A DNA stretch of 51,782 bases from Acanthaster planci (lineage: Eukaryota). The stretch lies in the NCBI RefSeq assembly GCF_001949145.1, contig NW_019091357.1, positions 4,514,183 through 4,565,964 on the forward strand, given 5' to 3'. The number at the start of each line of letters is the position of its first letter. The first letter of the stretch is position 1. The notes beneath the pieces were generated by a model. The model saw nothing but the letters and a program-made list of their open reading frames with translations, had not been told where the DNA came from and searched no databases. Position numbers and translations under genes: made by a program. Shown here in pieces: positions 25,658 to 37,700 of this stretch.

Positions 25658-28600
25658 ATGTCAGGTAATTTCAGTGCTTTAGTTTTAAATTAACAGCTGG
25701 CACAAAAGAGACAAATCCAAGCTGATGGTTCAAGAATGAAATAAATGACAGCAGTGTAGTTATTATTTGATCTTACTTGATTACACTCTGAGTCACCTGG
25801 AAGTTTTGTAGTTTGGAAGAATAAATGGCTTTGTCTTTCGAGGACGTATAGATGTGACGGCAGTATCTGACTGGATCTGCACTTGTGCAGATTTACTTAT
25901 TTGTTTATGCAACTTTTTTGTTTTTCTGTAATCATAAGTCCCATCCAGTCTTAAGTGGTAAAGAGGACACTTTCATCACCGAACTGAAAAAGAAATAACG
26001 GTACGAAGTGAAGAGAAATGAAATAAACTTGTTACTGCTGTTGTCAGGCTTTTGATATTCGAACAGATATTAGAGTTGACTTGAAACTGCAGTACGTGTA
26101 GTGTGTGTTTCAAGCCTTGTGCTGTGAAAGGTATAATTGTAAAAGCCTTTACAAATCGCCTTGTTAATAATCGTAAATGATCATGTGAAAATAACTTATG
26201 TTCAGTTTTCCTGAAGTCTGCTGGGTTGCACCTTTTCACGCAGGGCATTCTAAATTTTCTAATCATATTTGATCTGAATGTTGAATTTGGAGTGAAAAGT
26301 ATACCAAATTGGGGATGGAATATCCATTAAATTGAAATTTTTTTCCGCATGGGATGCAGTAGAATACACAAAAATATGGATCAGACAATATACATTATTT
26401 GTGCCATTTATCAAGTGACAGTTTGCCAAGTTTCAGACGGGAAGATAATGTAATGAGAAAATGAAGTCTGTTTACCTCCCAAAAGAGTCTCGACTGCATT
26501 TTGAACAGTATGCATCCAACACAACTTGTGAAACGCATCTTATGCTGTCTCGATTGTATGTCAAATTAACTCAAAGTAAAAGACACGTTAAAATCTGGCG
26601 ATGTTGGTTATTTCTCAGGAGGAAAAAATCCCACCCGCAATCAAAAACCATATGGCAGTCTTGGGCAGACGTGTGTAGGCGGGATTTTTGGCGGCGATCG
26701 ATTCCTAAGTTGTAGAAAGAAACACCCTGTCGTTTCGTCGTTGGGAATTTCCAACGACGTTTGCGAAAAGGTGACCTTGGGTCAGGGCCATTCGACACTT
26801 GCGGGGATCATGACTGTTTTTGCAAGAGTCGCGGTAGAATAATAACAAGGCAGAAGGGAACGAAACGAAAAAAATCTCCGTACGTGGCTTTGCACTCGTA
26901 AGGTTTGTTTGTTGTTGTTTGGGTTTTTTTTTAGTTTCTTTTTTTCCCGGCACGATTGCTACTTTCCTTCTTATTTTTTTGTCTAGTTAAACGATCAATT
27001 GCAATCTCGACCCCTTTGCTTTTACTTCACGAGAAGATATTGGCCTGAGTGCAAAAGGAATCTCCGGTTTGTTATACAAAGAAGTCCTATATGATTTCTT
27101 TGAGCAGGGACACTATTTTCCGGCGTCCTATATGTTTTCTCTTCTAAAGGTTTTACCACAGCATACCCTGACGAAGTAAACTTAGAGCAGCTAGTGCGAA
27201 CTGTTGGAGAAAATTCAAAACGTTTTGCCACGATGTTATTTTCGTGGATCGAAAAACATGAAATAGTGTTGCGATAACAGTGCGATTTTTGTCAGCCAAA
27301 ATTAATGCGCCCTTTAGAAAAAAAACAGTAACGCACGCGCAAATTTGTACATGTAACTTAACTGCCATAGCCACAGGCTTAGTCTATTTTCGAGCACTTT
27401 TACAAAGTTACGATCGGGGTTTGAGGAAATCAAAATCAGTGCAATGTTTTGTGGATCATTTAAGGATATAGCCTATTGCTCCGGAAGCACTTGCATTATA
27501 TTAAACTCTACCTCAGTAAATACAATTGAAATTTTTCCTTTTCTTGTGCATTCGATTTTTGTTTTTAATTCAAAGAAAGTAATGGTCACCACTCGCCAGA
27601 TTAACCTTATCGTATAATATTACTGTTCTTGGTCGTAAAAAGAATAGTTATTGAAAGCTGGAGGTTGTCTGAAACGAAAATTGCATGCATACATTCGGGA
27701 CGCCACAGAGAAAAAAAGAGCGATCTAAAATCTATTAGAATTGAACTTTAGAATAGACAAGTTTATTTGCAGAGCAGATTCTGTGTCCACCAAAAATTTC
27801 TTGTTGGGGTATTCCCCTCGATCAGAAATAATGCCACCAAACTGCCATGGCTGTTTGAATTTCAATCCACATCGAAAAAATAGTCCCTGTTTATCTGCAG
27901 CTTTCCAGGGAAATAATTTGCTTGGTTGGCATACAAGGGTTAATCACTTTCAAGTAAGCTAATACCTTTTGATTTCGGACACTTTTAAAACCTTTTACGT
28001 GTAATGTCCACCAGTAACGATGGTGTTGCGTTTTGGAAACATCACCCGCCCAGACCTCATCACACGGATTAGAAATAATCATCAGTTCGACTTCCTTCTC
28101 ACGCCGTGGAGGCCAAGCTTGAAATAAAGTTTAGTTATTCACGATTCTTGTTGATTTGCTGCTCACGCAAGCTTAAACACTGCCCGCTGGTACATTTTTT
28201 TTCCAAAATGTATTAGTTGAAATACCAATGAGTTTTTTTCGTGAGCCGAGTGAGCCACTGGACACAGATTGCTTCATGCACTGTTGAAAGAGCAGTACAC
28301 TGTTTGCAGGTACATGTACGCTCGTCACCGAATTCATGTGCTTTAACTCAATTTAATGGAACGCCTGTAGATTTGTGGATGAAATTCCTCCTCTTGTTTG
28401 TACTCGTGTAGAATGAAAAGACGTTTTTCCACCCATCATTAATCACCAACTGTCGTGATGCTCAATCAAAAGTAGGGAGACGTCAAAGACGTATCTCTGG
28501 ACGGTCGCTTGTGAAAAGACCGAGGTAGGTGAGCCATATTTTACTTTTGCGTTGTGCGGCCCTATTGATTTTTCGCCTCTACAGGCTGTAGTGCAACATT

Positions 28601-31600
28601 TATACCTCGGATTTCACAAAAGGCGACTTCATCATCCACATAGCGCCGCGAATACAATCTTTGCCCTCAACATACCTGTTCATAACGCTTAGGTTTCGGT
28701 ACCTGTTACAAAGTGCCAATTAAATTCTACTTTAATTGGCCTGATTTCCCCAGCGGAAGTAACGTTGATTTCTCAGAACCAAAGTATCACATGTACGAGA
28801 GCTTTTGAAATGTTAACATTGGATTTTCTGAGATTTTTAAAGAGCGTCACGTTACAGAATGGGGCCTACTCACGCTGAATTTGTGCCCAATTTCATCACG
28901 CCAACGCAGCGGTTAAATTTGGGACTACTTTCATGCCTTGCATTATTCAAAAAGTCTCAAGAACATGCGTTATGAATGTAATTACTGGATGAATTAGAAG
29001 TGTTCAAGTTTCAGCCAAATTGGTTAAGCAACATTGCATTTGAAATGCTTTACACGTGTACACATGGAGGCTCATTTAGGCAGTTTTATCAAATGTGAAA
29101 TTTTTTAAATCCTCAAAATTACCCTTAACAGTCATTATGGGGTTAAGCAAGAATTCATCTTCACCAAATATGAACTTTCTCTGATGAACCACACTTTCAG
29201 CTGAAAGCATAATTAGTTAGCCTATCCTTTAAACTTGTTGTGTCCTTACAAGGCATACCAATTATAATATTTTCAAACATTGCGTAGGTGAGGTTTATTA
29301 GCCTACCTAAGCAATTTTCTTCATGAAATGCATTACAGTTTTATTCCAAAATTAGTTTTCTTTGACCATTAAGTCATACTGACCTGAGCTGGCCTAATCC
29401 CCTTAAATGTCCTGGATATGCTTAGAGTAATTTGATTTCAGATGAGTTACAAGATATTAAAACATATAGACAACCACATAGCATTAAACAACATTGAGCC
29501 AGATTGTGCATCTTTAAGAAAATTTATGGTATTGAAAGACATATTTAGCCACATTTTGTGGCGTAGGGAAAAGATGAGGGATTGCTTCAGTGTATGCGTT
29601 GAAGTAAATTTCACTATGGAATGCTCATACTGTCCACATTGCAAATTAAAAGTCAAATCTCATTAATCTAATTAATGCGCAATTAATTTTGATGTGTGCA
29701 TGTAATCCTTCAAAAAGCGGCATTGTGTCTCGTTGATTTAGTTGACCATTGAAATTTATTTCATTTTGAATATTATCATGAATCATTTTCAACAGAAGAA
29801 AAAGTTTCAAAATGGCACTTTTCATAGTGTGGTCAAAATTAACTACACGGACCCTTCCGAAATATTAAATTTTGACGCAAAACGTAGACAGAACACAACA
29901 TTGAATACACTCTTCTCCAGTACTTTTGTGCATATCTACTCTAATACATGTTTTATTTTCACATACTTTTATGAAATGGTCATACAACAAATACATAAAT
30001 ATACAAGAAGAAAACAAAGGAATTTTGAAAATGCTGCACATGTATATATTTTCCATGCCAACAGTGGAAGTTAAGTTGTTAATTTAGTATTCAGTCGTAA
30101 GCCAAAACTAAGAGAAACCTTAAGACTCAAATACTACTCATTTACCAAACATTTTATATGCCCCAATATGAACACAACATGCTGGTACTAACTCCTGAGG
30201 GCCAACAACCTATTTTTTTTGTCTTTTTAAAATACACTGTGCTGCTGTTTTCTCCCAGAAATAGTTCTTTCCTTTTACAAGAACAAAATAAACTGGGGTA
30301 CAATTTCTTGGTCTTTAAATTACTCTAAATGGTCATTATGGGGTTGAACAAGAATTCATTTTTAGGGACTTAAATACCTGGCAAGGGTATTATATATTTG
30401 GAAGAATTCGAAAATATTACGCTATTAAACTGTATATTCATTAATGTCAACATTGCTTAAAAATGTTTATAAACTAGGATGAGACTCAAGTCCCAAATTT
30501 TCTAGTGCAGACTACAAGGTCGTGGATAACACTGCAGCATTACAAATACAGCTTTACATCTACTGTGTGTTGGTGAAGGTGAGAATCATTTCCAGCGTGA
30601 TATCGGTCGCCTACAAACAGCCAATCATGACACTGGCCCATAATTCTGAGTGTTCATTCTTATGAACGGGTAACCGTCAAAAACATGTTAGTAAGAAGAC
30701 TTATGCATGTACATGTATACATGTAGATGAGTGGATAAGTGGTAAATTGATAAATTGTAAAAATGATCAAATATGCGGTATATTGCATATTTCCGTTGAT
30801 CTTTTGTGACTGAATTCTTACTTTGTTCTTTACATATTCATCGCATTTGGCTACTCCGTGCTCCGCACCGCATCATGTACGAAAAATAATGAATAATGAA
30901 AAAAAGCGTCATATTTTTCCAAAATGTTCCGGATGCAAATCTAAAACTTTTATTCTCATGGCCTAAATGGAGTGACCTAAAAGTTTATGTTCACATGCAT
31001 TTTAAGTGTACTCTTATTGCAAAAAACACAATACATGTAGAAAATTGAAGGTTTGCGGCAAGCTACAATCTGGTTCAAAGATGCGACAAGCTTTCAAATC
31101 TCCTGCCCCTTCTGAGATGCAAGCTTGCATCTAGCACCTGATATTGATTAAAATGTACCAAATTTTTTTTAACATCTTTTATCAAGTACATGTAGACACT
31201 TCTATGTTTTAGAAATAGTGTTGTATTTTTACAAAATAGTTTCTTCTTGCACATACATAGAATATGAAAAACTTATTTTTCCAAAAAAGAAACTTTTCTA
31301 ACTCTATTTTATGTCTACTATTTCACAAAGCTACACGTACATTTTGTTGTCTTTTTTTCCTGTTTGCAGCTGTTTGGGATAAAAAGGACAGATAAATATT
31401 CGAACGGGAAAAAAGATTGATTTTTCTCAATTTTTTTTAAGCTACACATGGTGGGGATTCAAAGTTAACACAAAGTGAACAGGCATTTTTGCTGAGTAGA
31501 TTATTGCATCAACTTTACCCATTGTTGGCAGGTGCACATAGCTTACACTCAATACTCCATCCAGGAATTGAGTCATCGTCCACAAAAATGCAGGTACATA

Positions 31601-31757
31601 TGACACAGTTTCTATAGTCTACAGGCTTTAGCACACAGTGAACTGTGCAATGAACTATTGATTGATATGAAATAGAAAAACACATCATTTTACAATCTCC
31701 CATGTTTTGTATACAACAGGGATGGATCTTCTGCGAGACTGAGGGAGTGACGTCAGC

Positions 31758-34700
31758 ATGTACGCGGCACGCAGGAGAGCAGAGGAAGCGGCTGAAGAAG
31801 CCAGAAATGTAAGGTATATCCATCCTAAATGATGGTCCTTCATTCAGAGGTTTTTCAAGTATTTTACCCTTTAGTGACCCCCAGTGACCTATTAGCCAAA
31901 TTCAGCAGTGGAAATATGGAGGTATTCACTTAGCTCTTCAAATTTTTCAGACCAGTCTCTTAGGGGTTTGTGCTCGGGGTGTCAAGCAGCATCTCTTGTG
32001 TTGAAAATTAGTTGCCAATTTTTCATTATATGCTTCCACATGTATTGTTCAATTTATGAACTAACAGCCACTTTTTTTTTACTCAACTACCATAGCATTG
32101 TCAGTAATCAATGGATTGCTCTCTGTGTAGGGTTTTCGGTAAGAGGCCACTTTTAGATGTGGGAGGAAATCCCAAGATATATTTTCTGTGCAAACCCACG
32201 GATAAGGTAAGGACCGAAAAACCAAATCCATATGCTGACCTGGTTAGAAATTGAACTGCGGATTGCAGAGGAGGAGAACGAAGCAACCTCCCACAGTAAC
32301 CAAATTATACTCAACTGTAATTACCACTGTGATTTCTCAGAGGCCCGTCATACTAGGTATGCGGCCCCAGCATGTGCGGGACATCTGCAAGTTGCTGGGA
32401 GATTTGAGAGAGCAAGGATCCGATGATGAAGAGCAACTCGAAGACTTGCAAGTTACTCAAAGTATGTTGGTCAAGAATTTTTCTTTTTCAGGAAACCATG
32501 CTGTAACTAGGTCCCGATTTGCAGGATATTTCACACTCTTGCTAGAGAGCCTGTCGAGGGCAAGAATTATACAGTCAGTGATCCAAATCTCGAAAGTGAT
32601 TGTGATTCTAGTGGGCCATTTTGTGTTAAAGGTAAAAGGGTAGGACACTATGTGGGCAACATCTTTGTCATAAACTACTGCAACCTGTAATACATATAGG
32701 TTGTCAGCTGAATAAGTTTGCAAGGTAACCTGTTTATGGCACACACACAAGTTGCATTGAATGAGCCTTTCCATCGGGAAGGCATTTGAGTTCAGGGCTT
32801 AATTTCTTCCTGTCTTTGCCAGGGAGAAATCCGCAAGAGGAGCAGTTCCACTCATTCTACAACCACATGCTGGCCCAAGACACCGACCTGGATGATAGAC
32901 TGCAACTGGAGCTGGAGACTAAGCAGACCGACAACTGGCAATACCGAAACATGCAGGAGTTCCGCAAGAAGCTTCCGTCGCATAGTATGAGACAGGTGAG
33001 TCAGCCTGCTAAATGCTACCAATTGAAAAATTTGCAGTCTTACATCAGCAGGTTTTGAAGATTGTTGAGTTTCAAAGGCATATGCTGTTAACATATTTAA
33101 CCAGAGGCATATCGGTGTTACACGTTTTTTTCATGTATCGGATCAAAATTGTAATTACATATGCAAAGATGGATAAGACTTGAATTGGTTTGAGTGTGAT
33201 TTGAACTTCCAATCTCCTGAGCACAGTGAAAGTAGTCCACCAGCTGAGCTATTCAGCCAAAATGTTGGTGGTTCCTCCAAGTTGTCAGTATCTGTACAAA
33301 AAAAAGCTGTGTCGTCTATAAGAGAATTGTATAGGCCTACCTTTCCCATGTTTGTAGAAAAGCTGATGTTATGTGTGATCTGACTACCTGGTACAATTAT
33401 ATCGAGGTGCTATTTTGCAGCTTCAAATAAATACTCATTTTGGCAAAGGCTGAAAGATCTGGAGTCTAGAATCCCTCAGAGAAAATTACCTCCATGGAAA
33501 TTCTTTTTTTGAATCTGGGTTCTGTCTACAGGAAGAACACAAAATTAAACCAGGGGGTATGTTTTACCCCAAGGTAATATCGCAACACCCTGTTCACAGG
33601 TCGCAAAACCTCAAGGTAAACCCCATGATACCTCTTGTTCAAAGTTGCATTCTTCCCCGGACTGTGTGTCATTTTTCATCAAGGAGCTTCTGCGTTTGAT
33701 CAGCGAGAACCAGGTGGTGGTCATCAGCGGAGAGACAGGCTGCGGCAAGACCACCCAGGTGCCCCAGTTTATCCTAGACCACCATATCCAGCAAGGTCAG
33801 GGGTCGACCTGCCGCGTCATCTGTACTCAGCCCCGTAGAATCTCAGCCATATCGGTCAGTGAAATGCTTAGGCATGCTCCGTGCAGTTTCAAGAGTGTGA
33901 CTTGCGAGATAACTTCAAATAACATTAAAATTGTTCAACAAGTGTTTCGTCAAAGGGTCTTTTGCTGGTTATAGTTTGTATAATGCGTATTGTGATTTTT
34001 AATACTCGTTGAAAAGTGTGCATTCGCTCCCTGAGAAGTTTCATGATCAGCAGCTTGGGCCACAGAATCTTATCATGAAAAGGTTTTAGAAAGTTCTTGC
34101 TACTTAAGTTTATGGCTTTAAATTATGTCATCTTCTCCTTTATTACATACTCCTTGAAATCTCTGTTGAATGAATTACCATCGACCCACAAATGGAAAAA
34201 AATTGAAGTAGTATCACCCCAGGGAGGAAGAGTATTAGCTTCTAGACGGTAAGGTTGTTAGAAAAAAGCTGTTTGCATCTCCAACCGAGTCCACAAAAGG
34301 AACCAAAAACATATTTTCAAGTTCTGATTTCTTTTGGTTTGTTAGGTGGCTGAGAGGGTGGCATGTGAGAGAGGCGAGGCGTGTGGCAGTGGCAACAGCA
34401 CGGGGTACCAGATTAGATTGGAGGCACAATTCCCACGGCAACAGGGCTGCATCCTCTACTGCACCAATGGTATCTTGCTGAAGTGGCTGGAATCAGACCA
34501 GTAAGTTACTTGATTGGAAAAATTGTGAAAGCTTATATCCTTTTTGCAGTGGCTGTTCTTTGTTTATGAAATGAAATCTTGTGTTTTGCCTCACAGCAGT
34601 AGGGGCATATATAGCCATATGGGGAGGCATGCCCCAACATATTCCTGGTTGCCCCTCCAGGTGGCCCCCCCCACTAAAAATAGATGAATGGATATTGAAC

Positions 34701-37700
34701 TAAAGGAGCTAACAAAAGCTTTCCCCCAAGAACCATGCCACTGGAAGCTGCACCCCCGATAAGATGCTGGTGCCTCCCTAGTAAAATCCTAGCTACGCCA
34801 CTGTGCCGCTGCAAGGTGTACTTGTAGAATGTGAAGCTGTAGTCTTCCGTTTCTCTAGTTTTTTGACAATGAAGTATCTTTATTTTGCTCATGTGAAATA
34901 GAATGTTAATTTTAAAAATCTGTTTGGGACAGACTTCTGCAAAGCGTAAGCCACGTTGTTCTGGACGAGGTTCATGAGAGAGACATCATCTCTGACTTCC
35001 TGCTGGTCATTCTCAAGGATATTCTTCCCAAAAGGTACAGAGAGGATGGTTGAGGAAGAGATTGTAGAAACAAAAAAAAGAGAAGACCTCCTGTTTGATA
35101 CTAGCACGGATCTATGGCACTTTACCACAGGTGCACAGCCCCAAGCTCGCCAGTGTTGGCCAGTTAATTGCTACAAGTTTGATGCAGCAGTGATTTCTGT
35201 TGTGACAATGGATGGAAGGGAAAACAGAATGTAGACTATTTCAAGGTTTGCCTGTCTCAAGATCTGAATTGAGTCAAGTTGATAAAGTGGGTGCAAGTGA
35301 TTTTTTTATTGAGGATCAAGCCACTTCATGTGACTTGCAGCAACGTGACTTCAAGCATGCAGCAATTTCTGGGTTCAGGAACCCTAGTCGGCCTGGTGAG
35401 TGTAGCCACCCAGCTAAGCTTGTTTTCTCGTTTTCAGACCGACACTCAAGTTAATCTTGATGAGTGCGACCCTCAATGCTGAACTATTTTCGACCTACTT
35501 TGACGGTTGCCCGATGGCCAACATTCCTGGTTTCACCTTCCCCGTGGAGGAGTACTGGCTGGAGGACGTTCTTCAGATGACCAAGTAAGGCAATCACAGA
35601 CTCTGAAATCTGTCAGCGTGGTACACGAGTGACCTCATCTGTGTACCTAAAATAAATGGAGACATCAAAACATTTTTACACTAAGAGTTGGGCTGTTTTA
35701 ACATTCCAGGATACAGACATGTATTAGTTTTGGTGGACGGTTCATACTTGGTGCAAATGTGAACATGAAAAGCAAGTTGTATACTGTCAGATCAATATGA
35801 AAGACATTGAGAAGAAGTGACACTATGTGAACTTTTATCAAGATCAGCTTACCAACCCATAGTTTTTTTGTAATATTTTTAATCTATCCACGCAAAACAT
35901 CAAGATCTTGTCTTCAGAAACCAGTTGCATTTTGTCAAACACCTTCTCCTTCTATATGACAGACTTCCTATTTCTATCTCTTTTTGAAAAACTTATCGTT
36001 GTTCATTCTTGGAACAGATACACTCCTCCAGAGCAGCACAGGAAACACGAGCCAATCTGGCTGAAGTTTGGATTCGGAAAGCGCTTCCGGGAGGAGCTGA
36101 AGAAAGAGGAAGAATTCAAGGAGAGGTTCAGCGGTTACATTGCCAAAATGCGACAAAAGTAATCCGCACAGATGGTTGCTCAAACCAACAATCCCACAGG
36201 GGCACACCCAAACAATATGCAAAGCATACATTTGGTGTTGTGGATGTACAAAAGAGTGCCATTTTCATTGATGGTGTACTCCCCCAATACACAAGACAAG
36301 CATAGTATGCACTTTTCATCTATATATGCATGCGTAAATCGGCAAAACCTAAGATCCCATTGTTATCCGTTTTGGTTTTCTGTGGTAATCCTGCAAGCGA
36401 TTGCAGTGAATATTGCATTAGCATTGCATGAACAACCAAGTTCATATTTGTTGAATTATTAGAGGAGGAGGAAACATGAATATTTATTGAACAGCAAGGA
36501 GAGAGAGCAAGGCCCTGACGCTGACGATAAGAAACATAACAAGTCGTTATATAAACTGATATTGCTATTGTGGTACACTTTACCGTCTGCCATGGGCCAG
36601 TTTTCATAATGCATTGTGGGAAACAGGTTAGTGTCCCTATAACTGAGCAGGAGTCCATGTGCACGTAGATCAACTCTCCAAAATTCTCTGTTTTCGGTGA
36701 ACCTGACAGGCTGAACCTGAATTTGACTTGTTTAGAATCATGAGAGTTTTAAGAATCTTACAGGTCAGTTCCAAATTGAGCAGTGCCAAGCAGATTGTGG
36801 TGGGATTACTGTCAGCCGTGAGGTTAAACCTTTTGAAGAATAATCAGAGCACGTTTTTGAATGGAAGAGCTAAGCACACAAATTAGACTAGTGTACCATT
36901 GGGTCGGAGTATTCTAAGTACAAGGTTTTTCCACCATCACCTAGATCTGGTCTCTTGTTATTGGTCTCCTGTATATTTTCTTCCTGACTGTTGAGGTTGT
37001 TTTGCTGTATTCTGGTAGATATCCTGAAGAGGTGGTGTATCATCTCAAGAACATGGACCATGAGAACATGGATCTGGAGATGGTTTCTTCTGTCATTCGT
37101 TACATCTGCCTTAACAAACCGGTCAGTTTATGAGCATTTAACAATATTCCTTGGATCTTGTTGTATGGGTGGCCAGTACTTGTATTTGTTTATTAATTAT
37201 TACCGACAATAACATTCCCTCTGTATGTCCACCCTGATAGCCTATGGTCTCAACCCAGCCTAATCCAGCCAAATCACCCCAGCCAATACAAGTCCAGCCC
37301 AACCCAGCCCAGCCCAGCTCATCAACTTGGCCCCAGCCTAGCCCAGCCCAATCCAGCCACTTCAACCTAGCCAAACCAAGTCAAGACCATCGTAGGCCAT
37401 AATCAGCCAACCCAGCCAATCCAAACCCAACCACCAAATCAGCCAAACCCAGCCCATAATCAGCCCAACCCAGCCAAGCCAAGCTCTACTCAGCCCCAGC
37501 CAAGCCCAGCCCAATCCAGCCACCTCAACCCAGCCAAACCAAGCCAAGACCATCGCAGGCTATAATCAGCCAATCCCAGCCCAGCCCAATCAAACCCAGC
37601 CCAGCCCTACCCAATCACACCCAGCCAAATCTAACTCCACCCTACTCATCCCAATCCAGTCCAGTTCAAACCTATCAAATCCAATGAACTCCATGCCTTA

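Noticed and set aside
24700..31700. Short ORFs between the DHX36 copies as an additional gene
   Set aside because: AT-rich, with no coding-like composition, consistent splice pattern or recognisable domain.
31740..31742. Selenocysteine or programmed read-through at the in-frame TGA
   Set aside because: The TGA is explained by a frame change in the old ctg-agg codons, lacks the TGA-CTA read-through context, and I saw no SECIS.
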